Source of the DNA: Tubiluchus corallicola
Lineage: Eukaryota > Animalia > Priapulida
Direction of reading: 5' to 3'
NCBI GenBank assembly: GCA_030141605.1
Contig: JAQGDQ010000091.1
Coordinates: 1-64,000 of the forward strand
DNA length: 64,000 bases
Positions 48,101 to 62,518 of the stretch are shown piece by piece; position 1 is the first letter of the stretch, and each line of letters begins with the position of its first letter. Under the pieces are notes generated by a model. The model saw only the letters and a program-made list of their open reading frames with translations. It was not told the DNA's origin and ran no database searches. The translations under genes were made by a program, and so were the position numbers.

Positions 48101-51100
48101 TCTATATATCATTGTAATTTGGTAATGTCTTAATTTTTCAACTCAGTTGAGAATGTTAGCTCGAAATGTCTTGATTTTAAATACATAAATGTATGTAACA
48201 TGATAATTATGATGCAACTATAGATTTAAATGCCACTGTGTTCTCTGCGCATATGTGGCATTTAAATCAATGGATGCATCATGCCCGATTTTAATAGATT
48301 TTTGTTTAACAAAATTTAATATTGTATGGAGTTGAAGACACTAACCTTCTGGTACTTCCACTTTGCTCGGATCTAATACATTTATTTGTCGATATGGTCG
48401 CTTGAGATCTCTTGAACAACCTGAACGAAGATAACGCGTGTCACTTTTTTGTTTAAATAAATGCGCTACATTAGACCTACATTATGTTTGTGCTAAATTA
48501 GACAAAAGTTGAATGTAAATTGATGACAAGATTTTAACACCAAAGACAGTTGAACATTCAAAATTGGGTATTACTTTTTGTCTGTAGATAACTAGAAAAC
48601 AAATCGCCTTGCAACATTTGTGGACTTACGAGATTCAGTTGGTAAACATGGTACAATATCGACAGATGTTGCCCCAGATTGTCAAGTATACAGTTAATTT
48701 GCATAATACTAGAAGTGAAAGGATAAACTAAAGAATTGTTTATTTTGACAAAGATGGGTATTGTTTATAGATGTGTAGAAATAAAATGAGACATGTTAGG
48801 ATAAACAGCGCTTAATGTTCAAATCTGCCATTGTTGTATTAATGACAGCAAGTTTACAAATTTACAAAACAAGCTCTTACGGGTGTAATTGTACGCATGG
48901 TCATAGGTATAAATAAAACAGTCCATACTAAACTAGGTGCAGTTTGACGAATTTTAGATACTGGTATATTAATTTCCCTAATTCTTTAAATTATTGCATA
49001 TGGCAAAGTGGTGAATGAGCTTTTTATGCACCAGAGCTTTTTAAGCGCAGAAAATTTGACGCATCAAAAGGCACATAAAATAAACAAACAGTTCTACAAA
49101 TAAATGACCAATTTTAATATTCAGAATTAAATATTTGCAGTCAATATAAGTATGAACATGTATGAATATAGCATCAATAAGCTTACAAAATCCCTGTTTG
49201 ACTTTAAATTTTGTCTCATTAAACTAAAGTTTACAGAACAGAAACAAATCTTAAAACTGGGAAGCGTATTGAACGATGAGGTCTTATAAAGGAGTGGTTT
49301 ATCCCATGAGTACTAAACCATGTGCTCTTAGCCCCGGAGTAATTTAGCGCATAAACATGATCTCAATCACGCCTCAGTTAAAACAGTTAGTAGCCACTGT
49401 CTGATTTGCTGCATTAACAACTATTGACCAGAAGAATGCCAGAAGGCGCAATGATAAAGCAATTTACCATAGTGGCAACTAAATACACAAATAATGCCGC
49501 CATCGTGGAAACCTACCAATCGGCCAATAAGTGCATTTTATGTTACATAACATAACTATTTTTCATTTATATTCTGTTCTATTCATTTTATGTAGGCGAT
49601 TTATTGAGTAGACTCCTTAGAAGTACCTTGTGTAGACTCCTCCTTACAAAAATTAGCTAAAGCCAGAATAAACTGGCGAAATTAAGCAAGCTTGTAATAA
49701 GAGCGTGGAAGATTTCCTTTATCTCTTAGAAAATATTCATTTATTACCATGTCATCATCATAATTTTTGGTTTATTAATGATTGGATATGAAAGGAAATG
49801 ACTATTGCTCTAGAGAAGTTAAGGTTATCTTTTCAGCATCTTACCAAAATAAGTAGTGTTCCCTAAATTCGGCAAATTTCTTTTGTTAAGTACGTAATAA
49901 AAATAATAAACAATAAAAATACGAAAAAAGATAATTTTTCTTTTCATTGCGAGACTTTGCTAATAGTTTCAATTTTTATCAAGAACTATTTCCGTGCTGT
50001 TTTGTTAAGGTAAACCTTTCTGCCTATTTTGTCTTTCACCGGTAAATCATGAGCAAAATCAAGTAAGCCGAAAGTTTCTGGTAAAATTTTCTTGAACGTA
50101 TATAAGGCACTTATTGTATTTGAACTCACCATTTTCTAGCTGGACACATGAAAGGGCGTGTCCTGGTAAAGCTTCATCTGGCGGCTTAGTGTAGCCATAA
50201 AGAACAGTCTCCAGTTCCTCTCTGGTAAAGTTAAATGTCCTTTCTGTCTGTTCTAGGCATCGATAGCCGCGTTGTGACAAAGCTGCTAGATGGAGTAAGC
50301 CGTTGCTCACTGTCGTTGTCGTCCCCACTGTCGTCGTATCTTTCGCTGATGATTTCTTGGCGAATTCATCGTTGTCGTTGTTGTTATAATGAAGATCTGT
50401 GGCATGTTGCTCTTTTTTATAGGAGTCGTGGAATGGTATTCTCTCGTCTCCTTGTACAGCGGGAAACTCCGGGTATATTTTGGTGGGTTGGAGTAGGCCT
50501 TTGGTGGCGGTAGGTGTCCTGAGTGATAGGTCAGCGCATTCTATAGAACTGATAGGGCTCACGTTACACTTGCTAAGCGCTGCTTGGGAGGAAAATGGTC
50601 TTACGTGTAGTGGGGTAGAAACCGAAAAGGGGGGTATAGGTGGAAATAATGGCAGCGGAGAAGCGGCGAGGTTCTGACAGAGTGTCATTGTTCCGGTTTG
50701 TCTAACAGGAAAACGTAATCTGAAATAAACGTTTGACTTGAGGAAAAACTGCCTGATTTGGAATGAATTCACATTTATTAAAGTCTGAAACTAAACTTAT
50801 CCGAAATAAAAAAAGTAAAAAAGTTATGACAGAACTGGTTTTGAACCGAGTGATCTTTTGCTTACAAGGCGAACGCTTTACGGTTGTTGCCGCAAGTCCT
50901 AATTCAATCCTTCTAGTTGGTCAGTTCAACATTTTACTCACATTAAAGTAATTACTAATTACTAACTTTAGCACCTGGATTAATTTAGAAAAAATGCATG
51001 TGAATTAAGGTGACTGAAAAATTTATTACGGTTTTATCAAAACATGAACGAGGTGTAGGCCTACAATCCATATACGGTAGAATTATTTTGCAAGTGAGTG

Positions 51101-53326
51101 GTTATGTTATTCATATATCGCGGCTTATAAATCTTAACTGCAAGTTGTAACTAGGCTTATCTTAAAATTCGTACCTCTCGAGTTAAGCTGTTGTTGCAGC
51201 AAATGTTCGTTTGTAACGCGCTTCGAGTTGAATGTAAGCTGAATGGGCCGAAATGGTCTTGAAATAAGGTAATCTTAATTTTCTAAGAAAAATTAGCTTT
51301 TGTTTATAAAATTATATGAAATTTTATAAATAAACCGTTATTATATATTTCACAGATAACCATTTTAACAGATAATAACCAACTAAGTCCCGTCAGAAAA
51401 GAAAACCTTCAGTTTTTACAATGAAGCAGAACCAATACAATATTTCATTTGTTAATTTCGAATATAAAGTTAATGTGGGTTAAAGACAAGCTTGGTGAAG
51501 CTTATGCTAATATTAAATATGCAAAGTCTGGTTTGACATGCGTAGGTCTTGTCCTCCTGTGCATATGTTGAGAGGGAATTTGTTAACATGCATGTAAGGT
51601 TACAGAGCTGAAGGGCCTTGGAATCTAATTGCCTGTACTGGCTACCAGATCAAGTGTGAATAATACGCTCATCCCTAGTGGCTAACACAGTAAAAGCATG
51701 GGGCTAGGGCATAATCATTATCATCATCAAGATTGCTAATTCTCCTAATGTTCTCATTCTGGCTAATTCAATCTGGACTCTGTGCCGCTTGATTTCTCGC
51801 AATGGTGGCGTGTAATTGGTTAAAGTATTGCATACATGCTGCATGTAAGTAAGGGTGCAGTGATTACGACAGATGATATCCTTAGTTAACAACGGCTTCA
51901 AGGCGCAATGATGTAATCAGTGCGTCATAATGGTCAAGCACACTGGATAGTTTTGTTGCGGGGCGTATCTAGCTTGTCGCGGTGGGCTTCAAAAGAAATC
52001 TCGGAATTTTCAACTTACCGATTTATTAAAAAAGCACCAGGCCTTTTAGCATTGCAGCTTAAGTTAGTGGTAGCGAAGAGTTTTTACAAAAATCAATTTT
52101 CAAAAATAATTATCTCTGTGTATTTGTTTCACGCTCGAATTTGCTATGAAGATATAGAAATCTAGGGATGAATTTCCAAAGATCTCGCAAATCTCTTATT
52201 AATATTTTTCTTAATATTGACACAGTCTAGTTTCACGCTTTAAAGCATTCATCTTTCGTCTTCACATGTTTTCACATGAAAATAAATTTATTTCTTATCT
52301 CCAACAAAAATAATAGGAGCAGAATAATGGGCCTACACTGTATACAAAGGCATCGGAGATTTTTATGTTTAAAAACACACAAAAATGCTTTAACCCCATA
52401 TATCTTGTTTCAAATTTAAAAAAACAATGCAAAAAGAGTAGCATACAAAGTTAACTTTTAAATCGCTCATGAAATACCGAAACAATAAATCCGTATGAAA
52501 ACATACAATAAAAGACAAACGTTGCAAGATTTTGTAAAATGCGAAACTAAACTACTTCAGCATCTTTCTTTGCTTTTTATTTGATTTTTTTTCATTATAA
52601 CTTGATTGCTTTGCTTCTTGCTCAGCAAAGATTTTACTTCATGTTTCATAAATTAACTAAATAAGTAATATTAGATCAACGTCAAAACCCACATGGAACT
52701 TGCGAGTATAAGAATTCGTCAATATACTGGTTATCTTCAACGAAATCAGCCATGCAGGTTATCAACGAACGATGCGTATGATATAATGAAACAATTCACA
52801 AGTGTTCTCAAGAAAATTAGCATAGAATAATCGGGTTTGATTTTTTCAAATCTTGAGTAAACTTGTCTTTGCAATAAATATCGCACACATTGCTAATCAT
52901 AGAAAAAACAGCTGTAAGAGGTAAAATTATAAAAACGTTGAGTTTTCGATTAATTTTATTTCTTAGATCTGTTTATTTCCATAATTAGTAAATTGTTTAT
53001 GACGGTGAATTATCAAGTTTACTCAAAATTGAAGTAAACAAAAATCTGATTCTTTAAAACCAAATGCCGGGTTTTGTGACCCGCTCATGCATTTCTCGTG
53101 TGCAAAGGATGCAAAATGGAAGATTTAGATGAGCATGAAAAACTTGTCTTAAAAAACAAAATTGCAGAACTTTGTGACTGTGGAAGTTTTAAAAAGACAA
53201 AGAAATAAAACATTGTTTATATGTTAACTGAATGCCTTACCTGTTCGTATTGCTTGTAGGAAGCCGGTTACTGCATCCGTACAAAAATTGTTGGTGAAGC
53301 CAATTTAGATGACTTTTGTTATACAT
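43928..53326 (-). CDS. PRDM14: PR/SET-domain C2H2 zinc-finger protein PRDM14, ~570 aa, 9 coding exons
   Basis: Exons (minus) 53241-53326, 50130-50719, 48346-48420, 47237-47397, 46420-46582, 45736-45840, 45399-45528, 44292-44529, 43928-44092 total 1713 nt in frame. Pre-PR motif FNFTREELETVLYG. PR domain KGTRFGPFAG..HMWEVF..NWMCYVN.AR...EQNL..GTELLVWYG. Six PRDM14-type fingers (CERCGKVFAYRYYRDKHLKYTRCVDKGDRKFPC, SFEKRDRLRIHVLHVHEKHRPH, FTASSILRTHIRQH, FASHAAHDSHVRRSH). An alternative start ATG lies at 50688. Confidence 0.96.
45071..45150. repeat. (TG)n microsatellite in a PRDM14 intron
   Basis: TG run with two interruptions. Confidence 0.97.
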
Positions 53327-53453
53327 GCTAATTTTTAAGATCTACTACAATTTTGCCCTGAATGTTGTGATGTCAACGTACCGATAGTCGTAAGATTAAT
53401 TACCGGATTCGGTGTTAATTGTTCGATTTCGTGCATCTTAGTGCTGATTAATA

Positions 53454-53500
53454 CGCATGCGCAATGCAGACAGAAAGTCGTCAACAACTTTGCACCAATA
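53454..53500 (-). promoter_or_regulatory. Candidate PRDM14 proximal promoter (NRF1-like site and CCAAT)
   Basis: CGCATGCGCA at 53454-53463 and CCAAT near 53495, about 130-170 bp upstream of the ATG at 53326. Confidence 0.45.
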
Positions 53501-54114
53501 GAAGCAACACAGTGAAAGTTATGTTAGTAAAGCATATTAGAGCATCAATACGCAGAACACGTCCATTGAACTGGCCTACATTCTAAATAATTTAAATATT
53601 TCTAAACATTCCAGGATTTTTATTAAAATGTTAAACATGCTAAACGTATAAAACATTGATTAACAAATGCCAACTGAAAAACAACGCTAACAATCAATGA
53701 TTTTAGTGAAAAAATATGCAGTGACTTCTTGAGTGTGTGGCAAAATGTCTGAAAAAAGTTTTGCTTTCATTTCAACTTTGATACTTTGGTAAAAGCGATA
53801 TAAACGTGCATGCAGGATGAACGAAAAAAGGTTTTTGGCTAAAAAAAATGACATGTAAGACACGTCTGCCAGTTCACTGCCTCATGAAGAAACTTATCCT
53901 TGGTACTTAGTTAGGGTTTGGTCCTAGCACAACTGCTTACACTAGTTAAGGCCTATTGTTAAATTTGTAGCAGTGCCTGCTTGTATAAAAAATCATCACC
54001 ATCAATATAGCCATCAACATCGTCTTTATTATTACATGAATTATTGTTCTCGTTATCACATGAACAATATGGTCATTGGGTTAGCTGCACCATAATCACT
54101 ATCGCTCTCAAGCT

Positions 54115-54208
54115 AGCTTGTCATCGTTTCTGTCGTCAATATCATCGTCATCATTGTCATCATCCTCGTCATCAACATCGTCGTCATCATTGTCATCATT
54201 ACCATCAC
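54115..54208. repeat. Degenerate (TCA/TCG)n low-complexity tract
   Basis: Imperfect CAT/CGT triplets that generate spurious poly-D/S/H ORFs. Similar tracts lie at 5690-5825, 34410-34610 and 43730-43805. Confidence 0.85.
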
Positions 54209-55029
54209 TTTTTCTCGATCCGATCAACCGGAACTTTGCCTCTTCATCTTTCCGACTCATTATGTTTCGAGAAAAATCGACAGTAATCTCTGTATTATAA
54301 GTAGCTTTACTAATATGCCGTGTCAATAGAATTTGATTACAGGTCTTACCTTGCACAGGTTTTGTATTATTAGGTGTAAATGGCGCACCCTGTATTGAGT
54401 TCGTAATTATAATAACACTTGAAGTTTGAAGTTGTGTGTTATCATATGAAGCCAAAATATATTTTCGCGCGATAACCTGTTTATAAGTTGATACAATACA
54501 AAAAACAAAATAAACGCGGTAACACCATAATCCATTTCTCGTCAGTAATTACAGAGCTCTAAACCACCTTTCGTTAGATCCGCCGCCGAATCCAGGCGAT
54601 GAATACAAAAATCTTATTCAACTTCATTGTAAGTTATTATGAAAGCAGAACAATATTCGTATAGAGTAGCATACATAAGCTTAGTAAACAGCGCTTGTGT
54701 TTAATCTCAGCTTCAATAGGTGCTTAATCTTTGCTTGCCTACGCTGCTACATCGGGGTTGGTGCTTGTAGTGCTAGAGACAATTAGCCTAATCTAACATG
54801 ATTAAATATCTATGTGAATAATTTATTCTGCATTGAAGTATTATGAGTATATATATTATACGAGCTTCTTTAACGACACGTTTATATAATTTATACAAGT
54901 TTTGTAATTCATATTATTGCGAGTAGTAAGAAAAAAGGGATTCATTCATTCATTCAAAATCTTTTATTTATAAATTATTTACAATAATTTATTTATTTTG
55001 TTGTTGTTGTTGAAAAAAGGGATGATGAA

Positions 55030-55065
55030 GTGAAGAGAGAAAGAGACAGACAGATAGACAGACAA

Positions 55066-55095
<30 letters not shown>
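55030..55095. repeat. (AG)n/(AGAC)n microsatellite
   Basis: GACA/GATA units followed by a pure AG run. Confidence 0.9.
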
Positions 55096-55096
<1 letters not shown>

Positions 55097-56192
55097 AACT
55101 TCGGAGAAGAGAAGACAGAACAGCGGAAAATTTCGCAAAACAGGTAAACTATTAAAATTTAACTGTCTTCATGGTAACCTGTTTTGCTTCCGATCGTCTC
55201 TCACACACATAAAATGTCATACCTGACATTTAAAATGTGGCTGCAATAATCAGTTGATTGTAGAATGCAACTAGAAACAAAAGTTATTCTAACCAAGTGG
55301 CTGCATTCCCCATAACAATTCCTGTTTCTAGTTTTTCATTTCAGTAATTTCTAACTTTTCGCTTCAGTATACAATTGGAGTTACAGGGAAAACATCTAAC
55401 AAAAAACTTACTGAATTCATAAAACGAAAATGTAAGTAAACTACAAATGACGCAGGGAAGCAGATTTTTATATATATAACAAACAAAATAATTTGATAAT
55501 AATCAGGCTGTGTTTCTCTTTCTGAATGTAGTATTATATTTAACAATTATCATAATGTACAATATGCTAATCAAACAACTAATACTGAAATACCGATAAT
55601 AAAATTAAGTATGGAACAATGCTGAAGTAACTGTGCACATACATGTTTGCACGCATACATTGTAACAGCTCGCAATGTTTATATACCTAGTAGAAATAAT
55701 AGAGGGGATGAAAGAATTGAGTGTAGATTAGTGTCTAGATATTTACAACATACAAAGTTAGTTTGACTAGTATGCGACGATAATATTTAGTTAATTTCAC
55801 TTATGGCAGAAAAGAAAGTCTTCAGAGATAGTTCCACGTTCTCTTGAGGCCCTCCACTAATAATAATAAGATCCAATTATTAGTGTTGCCCTATAGTGCC
55901 TGATTTGTGATGGGCAGACAATTATTGGGGTTAATTTAAAAGTGCACAATTGCACAGTAGGTTAAGTGTTTAAAGCGTATCAGTAATAATTTGGAAATTT
56001 TCTTTTCTGCATTCTTTACACCAAATGAGTGCGTCTTAATTAGATACACGCTCATTACCTAGTGGCTACTTATTTATGTTAATCATATTCATGACGAATT
56101 GGTTGATGACCACAGTAGATAACAAGATGAACTGTTTCACTTATATTCTGCGCTATAGTCAAAAGGATAATTCGCGTCGTGATTGAGTTTAT

Positions 56193-56649
56193 TAACATAA
56201 CAAACAAACAAACAACAATACATACAAACAAACAAATAAATAAACAAACAACAAACAAACAAACAAACAACAATACATACAAACAAACAAATAAATAAAC
56301 AAACAAACAAATAAACAAACACACAAACAAACAACAAACAAACAAACAAACGAGCATACAAATAAATAAACAAACAACAGACAAACCAACAAACAAACAA
56401 AGAAAGGAGCAGGCAAGCAAGCAAACAAACAAGTAAGCCATCAACTAAGTAATCGCCAAGTAAGCTATCAATAGATCAAATAAGCAAGCAAAACGACAAA
56501 TAGCGAACTAAAAAAGAAAGGGGAAAAAGAAAGAACAAACCTTTTCTTGGCAGGAAAATGGAAAAGAGAAAGAAAGCAAGAATGGAAGAGCTAATAAAGA
56601 AAGGAAAAAGGAAGAAAGAGAAAGGCAAGCGAAAGAAAGAAAGAAAGAT

Positions 56650-56716
<67 letters not shown>

Positions 56717-56830
56717 ATGAGTGAGTGAATGAATGAATGAATGAATGAATGAATGAATGAATGAATGAATGAATGAATGAATGAATGAATGAATGAATGA
56801 ATGAGTGAATGAATGAATAAATGAATGAAA
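56193..56830. repeat. Compound tetranucleotide microsatellite block (AAAC)n, (GAAA)n, (GAAT)n
   Basis: AAAC/AAAT array 56193-56432 with a ~56-bp higher-order duplication, GAAA array 56630-56715 and GAAT array 56716-56830. Confidence 0.96.
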
Positions 56831-59800
56831 AATATAAAAGTGCAACAAAAAGAGAGAAATGGAAATAATAAACAGAGAAAAAGCTATGAGCACTTGAAAA
56901 AAGAAAAATTACAACGAAAGGAAAAATGACAGAGTAGAAAGACGTACCTTTTCGAAATCTACCAACTGTATGTATAACTTAACAGTTTAGCATTTTTTGG
57001 TTTTTAAAAATTAATTTAGGCCGGACGATTGCAATGTCAATTTCCAAGATAGTATACTACTGTCCCTTTTACAATATTTTTACAGAATTCAAATACAATA
57101 CTTGAAAATGTGTAAAATGTTCTTGTTAGGACGTTGCAGTTGGCTTTGCCTAATATTGTAAGTATTGCAGTCAATATTAGAAGAAAGAATTTTTTATAAG
57201 AACACGATTATGCATATGAAAAATTTACTAACTAGTGTTTTATTTTTAGTTTTTCGTCGTCTAAATTTTATGAAACCACATATAATTTGTAAACCACGCG
57301 CAATAGCTTTTCAATTTTTAAATAAATAGCATTTTTCAAATCATAAACTTAAACTGTGTAAATATTTAAGTCTACCTGTTGTTGACTAAGCCTACCTGTA
57401 ATCAGTGTTCCCTCCTTGTCATAAATGTGTGATTCATTAACTGCGTCTTTTACATCAGTAGCAGCTTTATCATTTTGTTATGAAATCACTGCTGACAAGC
57501 TCATTGATTTGTCTTCTCTGACTTTGCTTTAGCCCTCAGTTATAGTCACCTCTCCCACTCTGATCTAATCCCATGCTCGGCTTGTTCGTTCAGAACTGGA
57601 TGACCATAGGCAGTTTTGTTGCTGAGTGTTTTACACGCTTGGTGTCCGTAATGTGCTTAGTTGCATAATATAGCCGCCTTCCCCCTGGGCTTGACGGATG
57701 GTCAGAGTTGATGGTCCTCACTCATGCTCTTACCATCATCAGAATGAAACTACTGTAATCCTTGAAGATACCAACTTATCATGATGATGTTTCCCATTGA
57801 ACTATTCATCCTACACACTTCTAAAACAGTCATGTCTGCATGTCTAAAACAGACAGTTGTATAAAATCGACTGAATATTTTAAATTCTTAAAAATCCGAA
57901 TATGTTATCAGTTAAGCTTTCATTAATTTAGCAACGGAGACGCTTACTTCCATAACTTTATATGACCAGATCACACGTCCCAGAACTCCACCTGGTTTCT
58001 AAGAATAATCCTGCTCAAAATTAAACGACTGCATATATGTTGTCTTCTGAACTCATCAGCAATGCAAATCGCAGGCATTAATTGCATCACACTGTCCTAA
58101 TGGCAGGTAGCTATCGGCCAGTTTATGGGCAGTTACATAGTGACCAGCGGTGACTTATGCTCTGGTCACTTTGTGGCAGGTCATAACCCCAGTATAGCTG
58201 ATGGTATAATAATAGGTTGACACTGGCAATGACGTAACTGTAGACAATGTCATCTGCGGCTTAGAGCATACACCTTCATTTCCTTGGTTTTGCGGCTATA
58301 ATGCAGGCCCAAGAGGTATGCAAAGTATAGCAGCGAACATGGCACCGGGTCGTTACACGTACTGATCTTCCAATTTCTAAAAATGTACTACTCTTACTTG
58401 TATATGTAAAATGCTGGGAAGAAATCATAATAATTGTAAAAAGGAGCCTCAAAGTAACAGTTATCAACATCAACTTTGAACATCAAAAAGTGATGTTTAA
58501 CTTGAGAATTAAACGCCACAGTATATGTAGTGGTTTGCATCACAGAACGAAAAAGAACCGGTTTACAATTGAAAAAGTAACATTTCCATTCTCATAGTCT
58601 CTTTGCCATCTATATTAATTTATAGATAAAATTATCTATCGGCTTATCTATAAAATTAATAGTTAGTTCATCAAAACCGCATAAGAACTATTTACAATAT
58701 AAAAATAATAATATGAATATAAACATATATGTTTCGTCCAAAATGCATTTTCAGCATCCACTGTGAACATTTAGATTTCGACGATACCATCTGTTGCAAA
58801 CAAATAAAAGTAGCGCATAAGTGTTGGTTATTGCGAATAGACACATTAAAACAGTAGCTGACATACCCGTCCAAGGTGTGTTTTAACGTGTCAAACTACT
58901 GTTTAGGCGTATAGGCCAACAAAGCTTGTGTTAGGCTATTACCAAGAACCCCTCCGTTAGGCTTATAGCAGCTAGCGGAGGGATTCTTTAAGTGAGCTAG
59001 AAAACCTCAAGTTAAGAATTTTAACAGAGAGCAGTAAGCATCTTTAGTATTAACCATAGTCTATTTATTTTATTTTACAAGAATTTCTAAGTTCTATAAT
59101 ATAAATGAGCAAAATGGCACAAAGCAATGAGTCCTTATAAAAAGGCTATTTAAAAATTGTTTACTGAGCGTACTATATATAAGAAGGTACGTTGCACACA
59201 TAAATAAATAACATTATTTTGTATCAAATAACCGTTATGTGCGCGACATTAACATAATATCATTGTAATTTCATTCTGCAAGAAAAAACAATTGCTAATA
59301 TTTTCTATATTAGCCTCACTTTATTACAGTAGATACACAGTTTTTGGAATTCCTGCGAAAAAAGTCGATGTATTCCTTCCGACAATACAAAGGCGCACAG
59401 TTAATCTAATTTCTCAATGCTTAAATGATTGTTTTGAGAATTTTTTCGACAAAATAATTCAATTTTTTATTTGTAAATTCTGTGATAAATTTACAATAAA
59501 TATAGATGCATGTCTGGCTATTATCCTATATATCTGCAAGTCTGTTAACAAATTAGAATAATAATGTCATAATTTGTTAATGAAACGCCTTACTCTGACT
59601 ATGATCTGCTTACTACTAACGTTAATGCAGAGGATTACAATTTTATGTTATATGTACTGGAGTAATTCCTCCAGACTCTGCTCTACAATTGGACAGTAGT
59701 GCTCCTGTAGTCGTTAGAAAAATAAATTAACAAACGTATATGAAATTTTTACAGGACAGCATATGACTCAGATATCATACCGAGTTATAGTTAATATATC

Positions 59801-60322
59801 AATAAAACAACAGAACTGGTCTAAAATACCTAGCGTACAATGAGGCTATATAGTGCTGTGTATAGGGCCTAAGTAGCAATACAGGCCTGTACATACGTGC
59901 ATAGATAAAATTGTACTTACGTATAGGTAGTATAATATCACACGTAATTTTTAATTTTTTTTTGAACTAATTACATTAAGTGCGTGTCGACTTTCCCACA
60001 GACAATCCAGGTTCACTGTACAGGTGCCCATTATTAACTTATTCACCTTATAAACACGTATAGACCCACATTTAATTTAATATTTATAATTTATATAATT
60101 AAATGGGCGTATCAGTCTTAGTACATATTTATATTAGGCCTAAAGACCCTATATGCACTCAATTCTGAATAAACATCACAGAAAAGTAATTTTGCACCCT
60201 CTCCAACGGCCTAATTAGCAACACTTTAGTAAGAAAAATATACATGCTACAAGTTAAGCTAATTTGTCACACGAAATAATGATATGCTTTGTTCATCCAA
60301 TAAAAGCAGTTTTGAGACAAGT

Positions 60323-62518
<2,196 letters not shown>

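Noticed and set aside
54044-54455. His-rich, Asp-rich and Ser-rich ORFs
   Set aside because: A degenerate triplet repeat read in different frames.
56079-56893. Hydrophobic FVCL/HSFI-repeat ORFs resembling membrane proteins
   Set aside because: Artefacts of tetranucleotide microsatellites that are stop-free in several frames.
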